Source of the DNA: Asterias rubens
Lineage: Eukaryota
DNA: 64,000 nt
Assembly: GCF_902459465.1 (NCBI RefSeq)
Contig: NC_047062.1
Span: 17,608,001-17,672,000 of the forward strand
Reading direction: 5' to 3'
A program made the position numbers and the translations under genes. The notes under the pieces are model-generated. The model did not search any database, was not told the DNA's origin, and saw only the letters and a list, made by a program, of their open reading frames with translations. Positions 47,226 to 60,650 of this stretch are shown one piece after another; positions within the stretch are counted from its first letter, which is position 1, and each line of letters starts with the position of its first letter.

Positions 47226-50200
47226 TTGCTCTTTCACTTTTATTGAATTCTTTTAGGCAAGATTAATTTAGAGTGTAAGTGATTAATTTAGTTCTCAATT
47301 TATTATTTATGCACTTACCAGGTGATTAAGTAAACACTACATAGCTGTCCTCAGAGGTATTTTCTTTCACCGCAATCTGTAGAAGCTGACGGCCACTGAA
47401 CTGGGGAGGGTGGGGGAAGGGGGGGGGGGGGGGGGGAGAGGTTAATTTTCAATTGAACGTCACATTATGTCACCGTGGTCCAGTGGTTAGATTGCAGGAC
47501 CTGCAATCTCATGGTTGTTGGTCCATCCTACCAAGCTAACCGCTGATTTCACAATGACTAGAACAAATTGTCTTGTTTCTGAACTCACAATTTCTTAATT
47601 TGTGAAATTCATAAGCATCTATAGACAAACATAAATAATTAAAGCAGGTATTTAAAAATTGGCTCGTCAAACACACTAAAATCCTGGTTCATATACATCA
47701 CACAAATTGCGAATGTGAAGTGATCTTTCCTTGTGTGTCAAAATTTTAAAAACAGCACAGGCCTACTTATTGGCCACCTAGTTCGCTTCAAAATATTGTA
47801 GGAAATAAATAAGTCTAAACAAAAAATTGTTTGAAAAAATACAATTTTAAAACAATATGTATGCATTTCTCTAAACATAGATAAAAATACACGTCAATTG
47901 TTTGTGCAAAAACAATAATCTAGTTTGAGCGTATAATTATCATAGATTGTCGCTAAGTTTCAAAATTAAGTTGTAGGGTTTTCCAGGTCTTTTTTTTTCT
48001 CAACATGAGTTTTTACCTGGTTTTTTACCCCACAAAGATGCAATCAGATGATGAAAATTGGAAGAAATATCAGTATGTACAATTGGGTATATTCTTTCCT
48101 AAATTCACCGAAAACAGTATTTAAAAATGTCAACAAACAGATCCCGTTCGTTTCCACATGGTTTTTATGATCAATCAACATGTTTTTTTCTCCTTCCATG
48201 ATCCTTCAGCTTCTCACACGTGGGTCGTTTATTCTTACATGTAAAAAATACTAAAAATGCAACGAGGTTTAGTATAACAACTATATGATCTTGACGACTG
48301 ATAACATTATTGGTGAATTATAATTTATTGTACGTCAGTATTGTGCATGGTCTTTCATCATTTATTGTCATTAAACTTGTATGGTGTATTCAATAAATTA
48401 AATAGCAGACAAATATTACCTGAAAGTGAAAGAATTGAGCCTCTCTCCACATGTTTTCTTAATAATCTTTTCCAATCCTTTGTGCATACATCGTGAGGTC
48501 GCGGTGTCAGATTACAATGCATTCAAGGAAGCTGTGTTGTGTGGTGGCACCCATGCTGGTTGCTGACCATGCACTGACCCATGGAGCAATCCATGACTGA
48601 CCACACCAAGCACAGACTGCCGGACGAACAGAATCTTGGACAAATGTGCCGAGTTCTGGTTGAAAAATTGACTTTAAGGAAATCTAAACAATCCTATTTA
48701 CGTATAAAATTACTATTTTGGTCAAAAAACTGCCAAAAAATGGCATATTCATGAACAAATTTTAAGTTGAAAAAAAAATTTAAGCTCTGTTCTACGGCGG
48801 ACAGGATCGTTGCAATCATCCTCGTTCACAAAATGATAGATTATATACCCTCTCAAAAAAGCCGTTTTTTAAATATATGAAAAATCCTCCAAATAAGTAT
48901 GAAAATCGTATTTTTACCACCATAATTACACCATTTTTGAAACGACGGTAAAATCTAAACACAGTAACTTGTGAATGAAAATTAAATCACAACGTAAACA
49001 TCGAACAAGCCCCTACTAATGCATATTCATTAAAAAAGCTTAGACTCCACCTCTGCCTTCTTAAACCCGCCTCCAAGTCGATGAGTCATAACTTTGTTTT
49101 TAAGAAGAAAAAAATACATATGCATGAGGAGATAATGACCGCGTCATATGACGTATTTGCTGCGCGTGCGCGCATTCCTTTGCGGTTACAGCGGCTACGT
49201 GGATATCACTGGAAATAATTTGTACGCGCGCCCTCTGTTGTCACGTGAAAGTCATGTGGTCTTCTTGTCCAAAATACAATGAAAAATGGAAGTATGACTT
49301 CGTTCTTTTATTTCGCGTTTCCGTGCCTGGTTGATTTTGCTGAATGGGCAGAAAAAGGCACTGTGGAAAGGCAAAAAAAGGGGAAACTATTCCTTCCCAC
49401 AATGCCTTTCGCCCTTTCAGCAAAATGAACCAGGTGGATGGGCGGATTTTTATTTAGTGTTTTAATCGACGGGGTTTTTTTTGGGACTAAAAAAAGGTAA
49501 GATTTTTGTTATCGATCAAAAGATCAACAACTTTACCTTACTTAAAGTCAATGTAAATAAAAAGTTACAGTCCTTTACACGGCAGGTATATCGACTTCCG
49601 TGGAGGGTCTCACCCAACAGGGCCCAATTTCATAGAGCTGCTAAGCACAACAATTTGATACCTTCCACCACTTGTTCACTAATTTTTACAAAAAAAAAGG
49701 ATATTTCAATCTCTTTGACTTTGACTTTGAGGTAAATTAGATAATTTCATCGTATCAAATGAAAAAGTGTTGGCGCCACACGGAAACTTGTTGTTTTGCT
49801 ATTGAAATATGGTTTGAGGAAATTAACTTGGAAGAAGTTTGTAAGATTTGGTTTGGCCTTGGAGCAAAAAACAAATCTTGTAATTTTTGCGATATTGTTG
49901 GTAATATTATTAGTTTTTATTACTAATAATTATATTATAAGTTCAAGTTGCCCACCCCCCACAAGTTTCAATGCAAGGTTATTTTATGCTTCCTACCAAA
50001 CAGATACAAAGGTTACAATTACATCTTTATATTCTTAGATCATGGAGGTAGATGCTTAGATAAATAAAAACTTGGACGACATTTGGATGAAATTCCAAAT
50101 CAATGTTAATCAGACTTTGTTATTATGGAATAAGTAATTATTGGGGCCTTGTGTACAATTTGTTTTCAGGCTCTTGTTTTCAGGTGACCAGAAGTTCAGA

Positions 50201-50939
50201 ATAAACAGAATAGTTGACGACTGTGGTGTGAAATCTTGCGAGCAAGACTGCTGCTTTCTTGGGAGATTGCTGTCTCCCGATTACTCCCCATTTAAATTGG
50301 ACCTTAGTCCCGTCGTGAGAGCAGTAGTCTCGCGGGGGCCAGCAGTTAGTCATGCAAGAACATTTCCATTCGCCTGTGTCTTGAGTTGGAATGCTATCAC
50401 TGTCGCAAATATGTAACAAACTGTCCACACAAGCCGAGGTGATTATTGGCAGAAGACCAAAAGTGTCACCATTACAAAATGGCTTATGACTTTCTGTTTT
50501 GTACAACAATTAGTTTATAAAAATAGTTGTCCATTAGCCTATTCATGTTAAAACAATTTTTAAGCAAACTAATAAAAACCTTTTTCTTTTTTCAGATTTG
50601 TTTTCTTCCTTTGACATTATGTAGACTTTTAAAAGCCATTCATTGGCAGTGAGCAGACTTTGTGCGTCTGGCGTCGTAATTTTCCTTGTAGTTTCTACAT
50701 GCTATGCAGCTACAGCACACAACAACAGGTGAGTATAACAATGAGCAAGTTCGAGCATGGAGGAATCAATTATTTCTCCATGGTTCGAGTGAGGCACTAT
50801 TAAGTCGACCATTGGTCAATGTTCAATGGTTACCTATGCATTCAATACATCCTGGGTACCAGGCACAATCAACCAATGGTCGACTAGTGCCTCGCTCGAA
50901 CGTGCTCAACATTGTAGTTGACTGGTTGGGAAAATGTGA

Positions 50940-53900
50940 ATGGCGAACAAAGGGCGGTGGAAAAAAAGTCAACAATTTACCATAATAAGCCTGGGCGTTG
51001 TGTTTGTTGTACGATGGTCTAAGGCCACATTTTGTAGTCACACTTATTCAAGGATTAACGAGTTGCAGATCAAGGTAGAAAACACAAACCCCTGCAGGTT
51101 TGTAGCCTTTTGTCAATGCCTTCAAGGCTTGGTTGGAGAGCCGCGATTCCAAGTGACTGTAACGGGAGACCACACACACGCATGGTCGTCCCAGGCGCTC
51201 TGCTGTTTATGCAGTGAAGGCCTTGATAAAAGGCTAGCAGGTTTGAACTTTTACTCAAGAATAGACCAAGTACTGAAGGTCTGGAGACTGAAACATTCGG
51301 CCCATGTCTCCCAAGGCAATATACAGGAAACCACTTCCAGGCAATCTCAAGAAGAAAATGCATAAAACATATAAATGTTCACATTCTTTTATTGGGGATG
51401 ATAAGACACTGTTTGAAAAATTACTCAAGTGCTACCATAGTGATCCTGTAGCATGCACAGCACTGCAGTTGGTTGCCCTCAAGTTACTTGTGAAAGTTGC
51501 CTCGTGTGACAGTGCCTAAAGGTCTGTCAGCAAGAGGGTGGGGGGGAGCTCTTGACTGTGGAACAAACTCTCAACATCTTAAATGTATCGCAACAATAGC
51601 ACTGCATCCAGAATGGCAGTTCAGGGTTAAATGCTTTTAAATATAGTGAATTGAGAGACAGATTGTAGTGTGATGCTGATGATATATCAAAGACATGCTT
51701 TAAAAACAAATTGGGCAGAAAATATTGCTTAACAATTTTCTGCTAAGCAAAATTGAGCAGGTTGTACTTGTGACATGTAGTATGGCTGGAAACCTTTATT
51801 CTAGTAAGCACAATTTTATTGAAGTTGGGCCTTGGAATGTTTCTTGTCCGCTTGAAATATTTCAAACATTGTTTTTGTACACTAGAGATGGAGATCAAAT
51901 TTCTGAAGACCCGCTGGAAAATGTCAAGGTGTCCATCGATGAAAGTCGCCTTATTCATGTCACAGATGAGAGGTACCTGTCCGTTGCGTGGACCATCGGA
52001 GACTTAAGAAAACACTGGCACAATGTTAACCTGAGGTAAGAATTTCCAAGTTGCAGCTCCCTCCTACTTCGTGAAACTGACGAAGAGGCCTTCAAACTTT
52101 TAATTGAGGTAGTTAGCAAATAACACTGATAAGGGAAGACAGAGCATTGAACTTTTGAGAAAACGGTGCAGTTAACACCATGTGCCAGGACTTGGTGTTT
52201 CCAGCCCTTACTTGCGAGTTTATTAAACAATGTTTAAGATGACAGCAGGCAAGTAATCCCTTGGTTTTGATGATGTTGCTGAATGGCAATTGGAAAAACA
52301 CAGTCTCATGTTACATAACATACAACTGTTACCTACTTGGCAACCCCGCACAAAGATATTAAGAAAATAGGGATTCTTAGTGAGACCACACTTATAGACC
52401 GTATTGAATATGATATCACGCGGCTCAAATATCTGACCTACAAGATGGCGTCTGAGCGTGTGCGTGTGTGTGTGCGTGCATGTGCCGTAGAAATCAAATC
52501 GGAAATGTTGCGTGCTTCGATGATGTATGCGTTTGGACGCGCATACGGTTTGCCCTACAAGATGGCGACTTTTCATCGCAAAAAGGGGTTATTCAATACG
52601 GTCTATAGGGCTAGAAAGCACAGTTGGTAGAGCACTGGCACGTTAATCCTGAGGTTGGTGGTTCAAGTTCAACCCCAAACCATACTTGAATAAACATTGA
52701 TGAAGCCAAAGAGGGAGAATGAAACTCGGACTTTGTCATCTTTGAAAAGGAAAAGCCAACAAATAACCTGTCCTGAAAGAGTTTTTTAAATTGTTTGTAG
52801 AACTACACCTTAAGAGAGATTGGTTGAAGTTTTCACCATGAGACAGAATTTTTGTTTTGATTGTTTAATTCCTACAGCTCTGTGTTACTCCAAACTCTGG
52901 CCAAGGGACTCTCCCCTTCATATTTACGCTTTGGTGGAACCAGAGCTAACTTCGCCACCTTCAAAGAGAAATCATTGTCATCGAATGCGAGAATGAAAAA
53001 GTTTTTTTTCACAGGTAACAACCATATTTTAACTTCCCAAATCCGCAGGCCTGGAACTATGAGGAGACCACAGAGGCTATGGGTGTATGTTGCCCACGGT
53101 CTTTGCCTTGGTGCCCCTTCAAAAGTTTCCCATAGACTTTAAGGTTTTCCAATCGAAGTGCCTTTTGCATAATGAAAATGGCCTTGCCCTTTCAAAGATG
53201 AAATTCCAGGCTTGAATCCCTCTCAGATTCTGAAAGAAAATGAAAACTACACACAAAACTACTCACAAAACTACTTTCAAAATGAAAACTATTCTTAAAC
53301 CCAACATTCTAATGACTCGACCAAACCAGCAGTCCCCTATTATGTTAGAACAATGAGAGCTCTAAGGTTACGCTTTTCAATTGTTTCAACAGGGAAAAGA
53401 ATGACAATAGAGTCTTTTGTTTGCCATTTTACAGGTACTGACTGGGACCGGATCAATGATTTCAGCCGTTCTGTGGGTTGGTCATTTATTTTTGACGTGA
53501 ATGCATTTTGGCGAAGAGACAACACCTGGAATCCAACCAACTTTGAGGCTCTGTTGAAGTATAACGATGGTAGAGGTTACAACGTCACAGCTTGGCAGCT
53601 CGGAAATGGTAAACAATATTGTAAATAAGTTTGTACAACAGGAAAGATTGGTTTTTGTCAGTGTAGTGTCTGTTTATAGGCAGCATTATACATAAAGAAA
53701 TTGTGTGTAAACACTTACACGTCTTGAGGTATAGCTTACTAAACAAACTCTGTACATGATGAAAACTTAAGTTCCAATTTCTAATCCTGTTGATGAAAGT
53801 TCTGGTTGATTACACCAGCCTTTTTTGTATTATTCTTGCTTTGTTCGAATTCTGTTCACTATTTTGCCCAAACATGCCCCCTTGGATTGTTCGCGCATGT

Positions 53901-56900
53901 TTCTGCAGCACTTCTATCTTCATTCAAGTAAGTATCTGGATCAAATGAACTCACAGAAAAAACACACTTAAAGGCAGTGGACACTATTGGTAATTACTCA
54001 AAATATCTATTAAGCATAAAACCTTCTTTGTGACGAGTAATGGGGAGAGGTTGATGGTATAAAACATTGTGAGAAACGGCTCCCTCTGAAGTGCCATAGT
54101 TTTCGAGAAAGAAGTAATTTTCCACGAATTTAATTTCGAGACCTCAGGTTTAGAACTTGAGGTCTCGAAATCAATCATCTAAACGCACACAACTTCGCGT
54201 GACAAGGGTGGTTTTTTCTTTCATTATTATCTCGCAAGTTCGAAGACCGATTGAGCTCAAATTTTCACAGGTTTGTTATTTTATGCATATGTTGAGATAC
54301 ACCAACTGTGAAGGCTAGTCTTTGACAATTACCAATTGTGTCCACTGCCTTTAACTAAATAAATCTAACTGATTAAATTTTTTTTGTGTTCTACATAGAG
54401 CCGGATGCCTATAAGCGTTCTATGAATGTTAGTATCAGCCCAAAACAAGTTGCTGCAGACTACATTAGGCTGCAAGAGGTCTTGACAGTGAGAGAGAAAA
54501 CGGCCAAGTCTTTCATCATCGGCCCAGATGTAACTAAGCCTCACCAGAAACTTGAGGGACAAAAACTTGAGGGACATCCGATATCATTCTTAGAAGGGTA
54601 ACTGAATTTGACTCTTAAAATGCCTCTTGCTCTTGATCGTGCTGTAGCCCCATGGTACAAACAAAAAATTATATCATAATAGAGGATTAAAACAGGTTTT
54701 AAGTTACCTGCGGTAAACCAGTTGTGCTGAGTTGAAGGCATGGTCCTTTGTCGCACAGGTACAACCCTGCAAGGGTTTAAACGGCAGGTTAAGACCAATT
54801 CACTAATCTTTTAAGTCTAATAAAAAATGCCCTTTTTGTTAAAAACAGTAAACATTTTGGAAAATCTGTAAAACTTTTCTGTACATTTTCATTTCCTGTC
54901 ATAACCTCGGGCTCCGTTCTGTGAAGAGACAAATTGCTCAACGGTTATGTGCAACGCGGGTGCTAACAGATTTTAGATTGAGTACCAGGAAGATTGATTG
55001 CGTTACACGTAAATTGGTCATGTGAACTTCTCTCGACCAATCAGACTGTTCCAGAAGACAAATCAGAGCGTACTGATCCCAAAACGTTGCGTTGTCAGCC
55101 ACCAGCTCTTTTCAGAAACAACACCACTCAAAAGAGATTTTCCCATGGTGTGCTACTGCAACCCACACCTTATCAAACAGACTGTCCCAGGTATTTATGA
55201 ATTATGATACTATAAACCTACAGATTCCTTTCCGAGTGTGGCAACTGCACAAATGTGACGACCTTTCACAGTTACTACCTCCAAGTAAAAACAGCCAGTC
55301 TTGATGACTTTTATGATCCTGCCGTCCTTAACACTCTTGCTTTTGAGATCCATGAAGTGAGGAAGCAGGTCAGAAAGTATCGACCACATCGTCCAAAGAT
55401 CTGGCTGACAGAAACCGGAGATTCTGTACCTGGAGGAGTGTCAGGAATTTCTGATAGATATGTTGGTGGTTTTCCGTAAGTTTCACTAAATCATTTTCTC
55501 AAAATATTTTTAAGTGAGGTTCAAACTTTATGCAATATGCAAACACAAAGCTTATTTGACGCTACAAGTCTTTATTCGCAGGGATCGCTGTGAATATTGT
55601 GCAAGACTTGAGCTAATTCCAACCTGAGTGAATGACTTGTTGCAAGTTTGTGACTTCAAATTGGCTTCGCAATTGCCTTCGCAATTGCCTTCACATGAAG
55701 TATGAAAAAAAAAGTGCTTTTATCGAGTCATCTTGGCACTTTCTTATGCTGGATGGTGTGCTGGGAGTCAAGCATGCTTAAGGCTGCTGTAATGATCTGG
55801 AAGAATCCACCCCGACAACAAAGCAGTTCTTTCTGATGCTCCGAATATGTGAAAAATGTTAACCGCTATTTTCTCTTTCACTCTTCATCAGCTTTTTAGA
55901 CAAACTTGGAACAGGGGCAAAGAATGGCTTGGATGTAGTCATGAAACAGCAGTTCATTGGAAGATTTTGTGGACTTGTGGATGGTACCAACACTGAGGCG
56001 AGACCTGTGAGTGAAACTTCCATTTGACATTAAAATTTCAATTTCTGTTAAATAGCCTTTCATTCGGGACTTCAGCTCTGTAGATTTAAAGAAAGGGCTG
56101 GAATCCTTGTTATTCTAGCCTCATTGTTTGTTTCCTCCAGTACACCACTTGACCAATTTGCTTCTTTTTGAGTAGGTGTATCTGGGTGCACCCCACTGTG
56201 ACGAACCTCACTAATAATTCAGAGGCCCTCAAAAATGTCTGTAAATTACAGAGTTTTTATGGTCTTCAGTTTATTGAGTATTTACAAAAAAACACTTCTA
56301 ATTAAAGCATTTCAAATTAAGTTTTGTAATTTTGACTTCCTTAGGTTTACTGGGTGGCGTACATTCACAAACGGCTCGTTGGTGAGAGAGTTCTGAATGT
56401 ATCAACAAACATACAGACTGAGACTCTACGTATCTACGCCCACTGCACCCAAACAAGGTATGAACAGTATGCCAAAACCTATGCCAACTATACTCAAACA
56501 AGGTATAATTATAACACGGTCTCAAATCCTTCTATACCCACTGCACCCAAAGAAGGTATGTACAGTACATACCCAAAACCTATCCCCTTTTCACCCAAAC
56601 AAGGTATATTTATAATGCGGCCTCGGAACCTTTTATGCCCACCGCACCCAAACAAGGTATGAACAGTACATTGTACATCTAAAACCTATGCAAACTGTAC
56701 CCAAATCTGCCAGCAGAGGGCGCCAGCCTGCCTCCTTGATGGAGCCACTGGTGGGCCTGTGTTGCATAAAAGCCTCTAGATGTCCGGAGAGTAGAGAAAC
56801 TTTGTCCAGTTTTCTTCATTGTTGTTTGAAACCAGCAGAGGAGTTACAGTATTATTACAGTATTGACCCATTTCACTTGACGTCATCATCAGAAAAATCT

Positions 56901-58685
56901 TGAATGCGCCATACTGGTGGGAAATTTCACTGTGCGTTTTCATATATATCTCTATGCATAGAGTATGCTGTGTGTTATGCAGTGAAGTGCGCATTTTAGG
57001 CGACGCTGCGTTAATACACGTAAACCTAACTGCCCACCAACATGGTGAGCATGGCATCAGTCGCGCGTGTGATGCGCGTGCAAGGGGTCAATACTAACTG
57101 TATCTGCATAAAGTGGTAATGAGGCTCTTGGTGCTGTGGTATGATTAGGCTATACACTAACAATAATATACACAACACTCTAACTCCTTGTTGCGGGATC
57201 ACAACAATAACACTGATATAAACTCCTAAAACCAAAGGATTCAACCTGCTCATAAAAAAAGATGTGACAATCTAATAAAAATGTGTTAGTATTCAAAACG
57301 AAACCCCAAAAGGCAAATAGACCTTGTAAGACACAATAGTCAAAGTAATATTTCACAGTTGAATATCACTGGGGTCAGTGTGACAAACAAACATGAGCAC
57401 GTCTACCCATTGAGGATTTTAACGAAAGGGATTTGGGTGTTTTGACAGAGCGAGGAGTCTCATGCTTTGCTTTCCAAAACCAATGGAGACATGCCTAAAA
57501 AATGTGTCAAAACAACGGGAGAAGTCCTTAATGTACGGATTTGACAAACAACTTATCTGGCAATGCGATATTTGTGTCATTGATGAATTTGAAAATGCTT
57601 CGTTCCTCTTTCAGATATGGTAAGTACAGTCCTGGAGCTGTGACTTTGATTGTGATCAATCTACACAAATCAAACAGCTATCAACTCGATTTGCAAGGTA
57701 CCATTGGAAATAACACTAAAGAGGAGCACCTGATGACCCCTAGTGGAACGGATGGCATACAGGCTAGGTAAGTAGGCTCGGCTGTAATATGGGGGATATC
57801 CGAGGCAACTTAAAAGTTGTTAAGAGTATGTTAATTGTGGTTTTACCCATATACAGCGATGTGTGTTAGCACTGTATATTCAGTACTTTCCTGAGCTCTG
57901 TGAAAAAAATCACAGGCATATTAGTCGGGTGGGATTAGAACCCAGGACCTTTGCAATTCTAGAGCAGTGTCTTACCAACTAGACACTGTCCACCGAGATT
58001 GCCTGGTAGCTAGAGGCAGTTCAAATCCTATATTTTGGCACCGTGTACTGCACTAGATGTTAAATTTGCATCAGGGATAAAGAATAATCATTTTAGTTTT
58101 ACCCAGACACACCGATGTGGGCTAGTAGCACTCAGTGCTTACTCATATCACTCGGTTGGGATTAAAATCCACGACCTTTGTAGTTCTAGAGAAGTGTCAT
58201 ACCAACTAGACCACCGAGATTGCCCAGTAGCTTGTTACCTGGCATGGGTCTGTCTTCATCTTCATTGCATTTTTTTGGGGAAAAAAGAAGAAGCACAATG
58301 CAGAGCAGATCTGTGCAAAGAGCGAATAATAGCGTGTGGAGATCACAAGGGGTTTTGCAACAAAGAGTTGTAGAATGCACAATGCAGAGCAGATCTGTGC
58401 AAAGAGCGAATAATAGCGTGTAGAGATCACAAGGGGTTTCGCAACAAAGGGTTGTAGAATGTTGAGCAGTCACCGAATGAAATACCATAACTCAAGCCTA
58501 TATTGCTTTACCCCCTCTGCATTAGATATGTGAGCCTTAACAATATCAAGCTGGAGATGTTAAATGACAGACAGTTCCCTGAGCTGAGTTCGAGACTCCT
58601 AACACCCAAACAGAAGATCAAACTTCTCCCTTTGACCTATGGGTTCTATGTGATTCCAAAGGCAAACCTTAAAATATGTAAGTAA
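50940..58685 (+). CDS. HPSE: Heparanase-like glycoside hydrolase family 79 protein, 10 coding exons, ~536 aa
   Basis: join(50940-51097,51886-52035,52878-53014,53435-53608,54399-54597,55224-55475,55892-56006,56345-56457,57615-57767,58526-58685) = 1611 nt. LAKGLSPSYLRFGGT, WQLGNEP (acid/base Glu), IWLTET (nucleophile Glu), FLDKLG, YW..HKRLVG..VL, LRIYAHCT. First exon less certain. Confidence 0.88.
52393..52607. mobile_element. ATAGACCGTATTGAATA MITE (copy 2)
   Basis: Near-identical to 4470-4689; TATAGACC...GGTCTATA ends. Confidence 0.85.
52611..52680 (+). mobile_element. tRNA-like SINE head / tRNA pseudogene fragment
   Basis: AGCACAGTTGGTAGAGCAC (A-box-like) ... GGTTCAAGTTC (B-box-like); does not close into a clean cloverleaf. 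Confidence 0.45.
53968..54354. mobile_element. TTAA-flanked MITE family A (in heparanase intron)
   Basis: TTAAAGGCAGTGGACACTATTGGTAATT ... AATTACCAATTGTGTCCACTGCCTTTAA; reverse-oriented relative to the 17164 copy and highly similar to it. Confidence 0.88.
56441..56670 (+). repeat. Degenerate ~50/99-bp repeats reiterating a heparanase exon end and donor
   Basis: CACTGCACCCAAACAAG|GTATGAACAGTA-like motif recurs five times (about 56441, 56490, 56539, 56590, 56640). Confidence 0.8.
58293..58462 (+). repeat. 84-bp tandem duplication
   Basis: GCACAATGCAGAGCAGATCTGTGCAAAGAGCG unit starts at 58293 and 58377. Confidence 0.9.
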
Positions 58686-59479
58686 ACTCCATCCACTTTA
58701 AGGTCGTTGGCAATACGGAAAAATTGCAATTTTAAAGCTAACCAAAGAAACCTAGATGTTTTTCCTTTGTTTTATTGTAACACAGTTAATGATTGAATTG
58801 TACTATAACTTGTTGACAACAGTACCATTGTTTATGATTTATATACAAATTTTGTATACACTGATTTTTTTTATAGTACAGTAATTTATATGTATTTATT
58901 AAAGTAATTTTAATTTTATCAAAGTTGAATTTATTATACATATCTCGATTGAAATGTTTTAATTAAACATGCATCTGGTAATCATTGATGCATAGAGCAT
59001 ATTAAATGAAGGCAATATCTCTAACAATTAATTACCATCAAAAATATTTTTGTAAAAGAGTCACTAAAGCTGTTGATAATACATAACATTTTAAGAAACG
59101 ATTCCTTCCAAAGAGTGTGCTTTTATAGAAAGGGATTAAAAAAAAAAAAGCATTTCAATCTGAGAAACTTTTCTTCATGGAATGTTTCTCAGATTGTATA
59201 TTCCAATTACAGATTCCTGCTTGGACATAATTTTTCGCATTTTGGTTTTTTGGGCTCGTTCAATGATGAATTACGTCACACACTGTAACTATAGTGTAGT
59301 AATGGGCGGGTGGGTCTTTTTTCTCTGTAATATTTTCAACTGAAATAATATATTACTTTTTTTGTAATAGAGTACACCTTTGTAATAAAATAAACAAACA
59401 AAATAATTACAGGAGGATAAATCTGTAAGAGTCAAACAAACTGTACACAAATTTTAATTTTGGTTATACCCAATTTTCT

Positions 59480-59730
59480 TTATCCCGGATGCAAATTTCC
59501 ATCTATTAAAACTGTTGAATATTGTATTCTGGCATCCACTGTGAGGGCATTTTACACTGCTGTTTATGATGTGGTCTTGAGTGTTATTATAGTCAAGAAA
59601 GATGTAACGGAAATGCACTTTGTTTGTTTTGTAACAAATGCACTGTGAGTGGTTTGCGCTGGTGACAAATAATCCTTCAATCAAAATAACAAGGATCTAT
59701 TTAAAAGATGGAAATTTGCATCGGGATAAA
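59480..59730. mobile_element. Inverted-repeat element
   Basis: TTATCCCGGATGCAAATTTCCATCT pairs with AGATGGAAATTTGCATCGGGATAA. Confidence 0.6.
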
Positions 59731-60650
59731 GAGTTTTAACTTTGGTTTTTATAAATAATTCCCTCCGTGGAAATAAAACCCACTTTGGTTTTACCCATAT
59801 ACACCTATGCAGATAAGCACTATATACTCAGTACAAGGATTTACTTTGAACGGAGGGTTATATAAAAGCTTGTCACAATGGGCCATCCACTAAAATGATA
59901 AAAAGGAGGGAAAAAAAATAATACCTGGGTACCAGCTAGTCAGAATACCATTACCTTACAGGGCTTGAACCTAACACTGGACTACAGGAGTGAGACCAGT
60001 GTTTTTAGCGTCGGGCCAGTAAACCTAATACAACCGGACACATGCCTGACATCATCTTAAATTTTTAAAATTAGGTGCAAATGTTTAATTTTAGTCTTAT
60101 GAATATTTTTCAACTCTTTAACAGATGTTATTTTTACATCGGGGATGAAGAATATTCTTCTGCTTTTTTTACCCATATACACCGATGTGTGCAATAGCAC
60201 TGTATACTCAGTACTTTCTCAAGTTCTTTCAATTCTGTTGATTATGTAGTTTTACAAGTTAGACAAAAGTGAGTTATAAATCTTCAGTAATTCCTTATCC
60301 CAGCAGGCCTGTATCCCAGGTACCTGAATATGAGGGACTCCGCCCAAACAAGCTTGCTTTTAGGGTACACCCGCCACTTCTCTCTTCCCCACAAGTGTAT
60401 CTAAAGTACCTTTATGTGTATTATTGTGTAAGCAAATCAATTGGATGGAAATATCAACTGAACTATAACCAGGATTTGCCCTTAACCTTTTCAGTGGCTA
60501 GCCAGCAGGACCAGTTTTATATTGTCACTTCACTGTTCCACCAACTTTTTTACCAATCCATATCAAATTAAAAAGAGATGTTTTTCAAAACTGATCTAAC
60601 CAGTAACCAGCCGGACCACTTTGAGAGGATTTGACCGGTCTCCTGGTGTT

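Noticed and set aside
41834-49246. Alternative element ends CACGTG(41834)/CACGGACAAC(41851) with the right-hand GTTGTCACGTG (about 49246)
   Set aside because: Match is very short or gapped and the flanks show no duplication.
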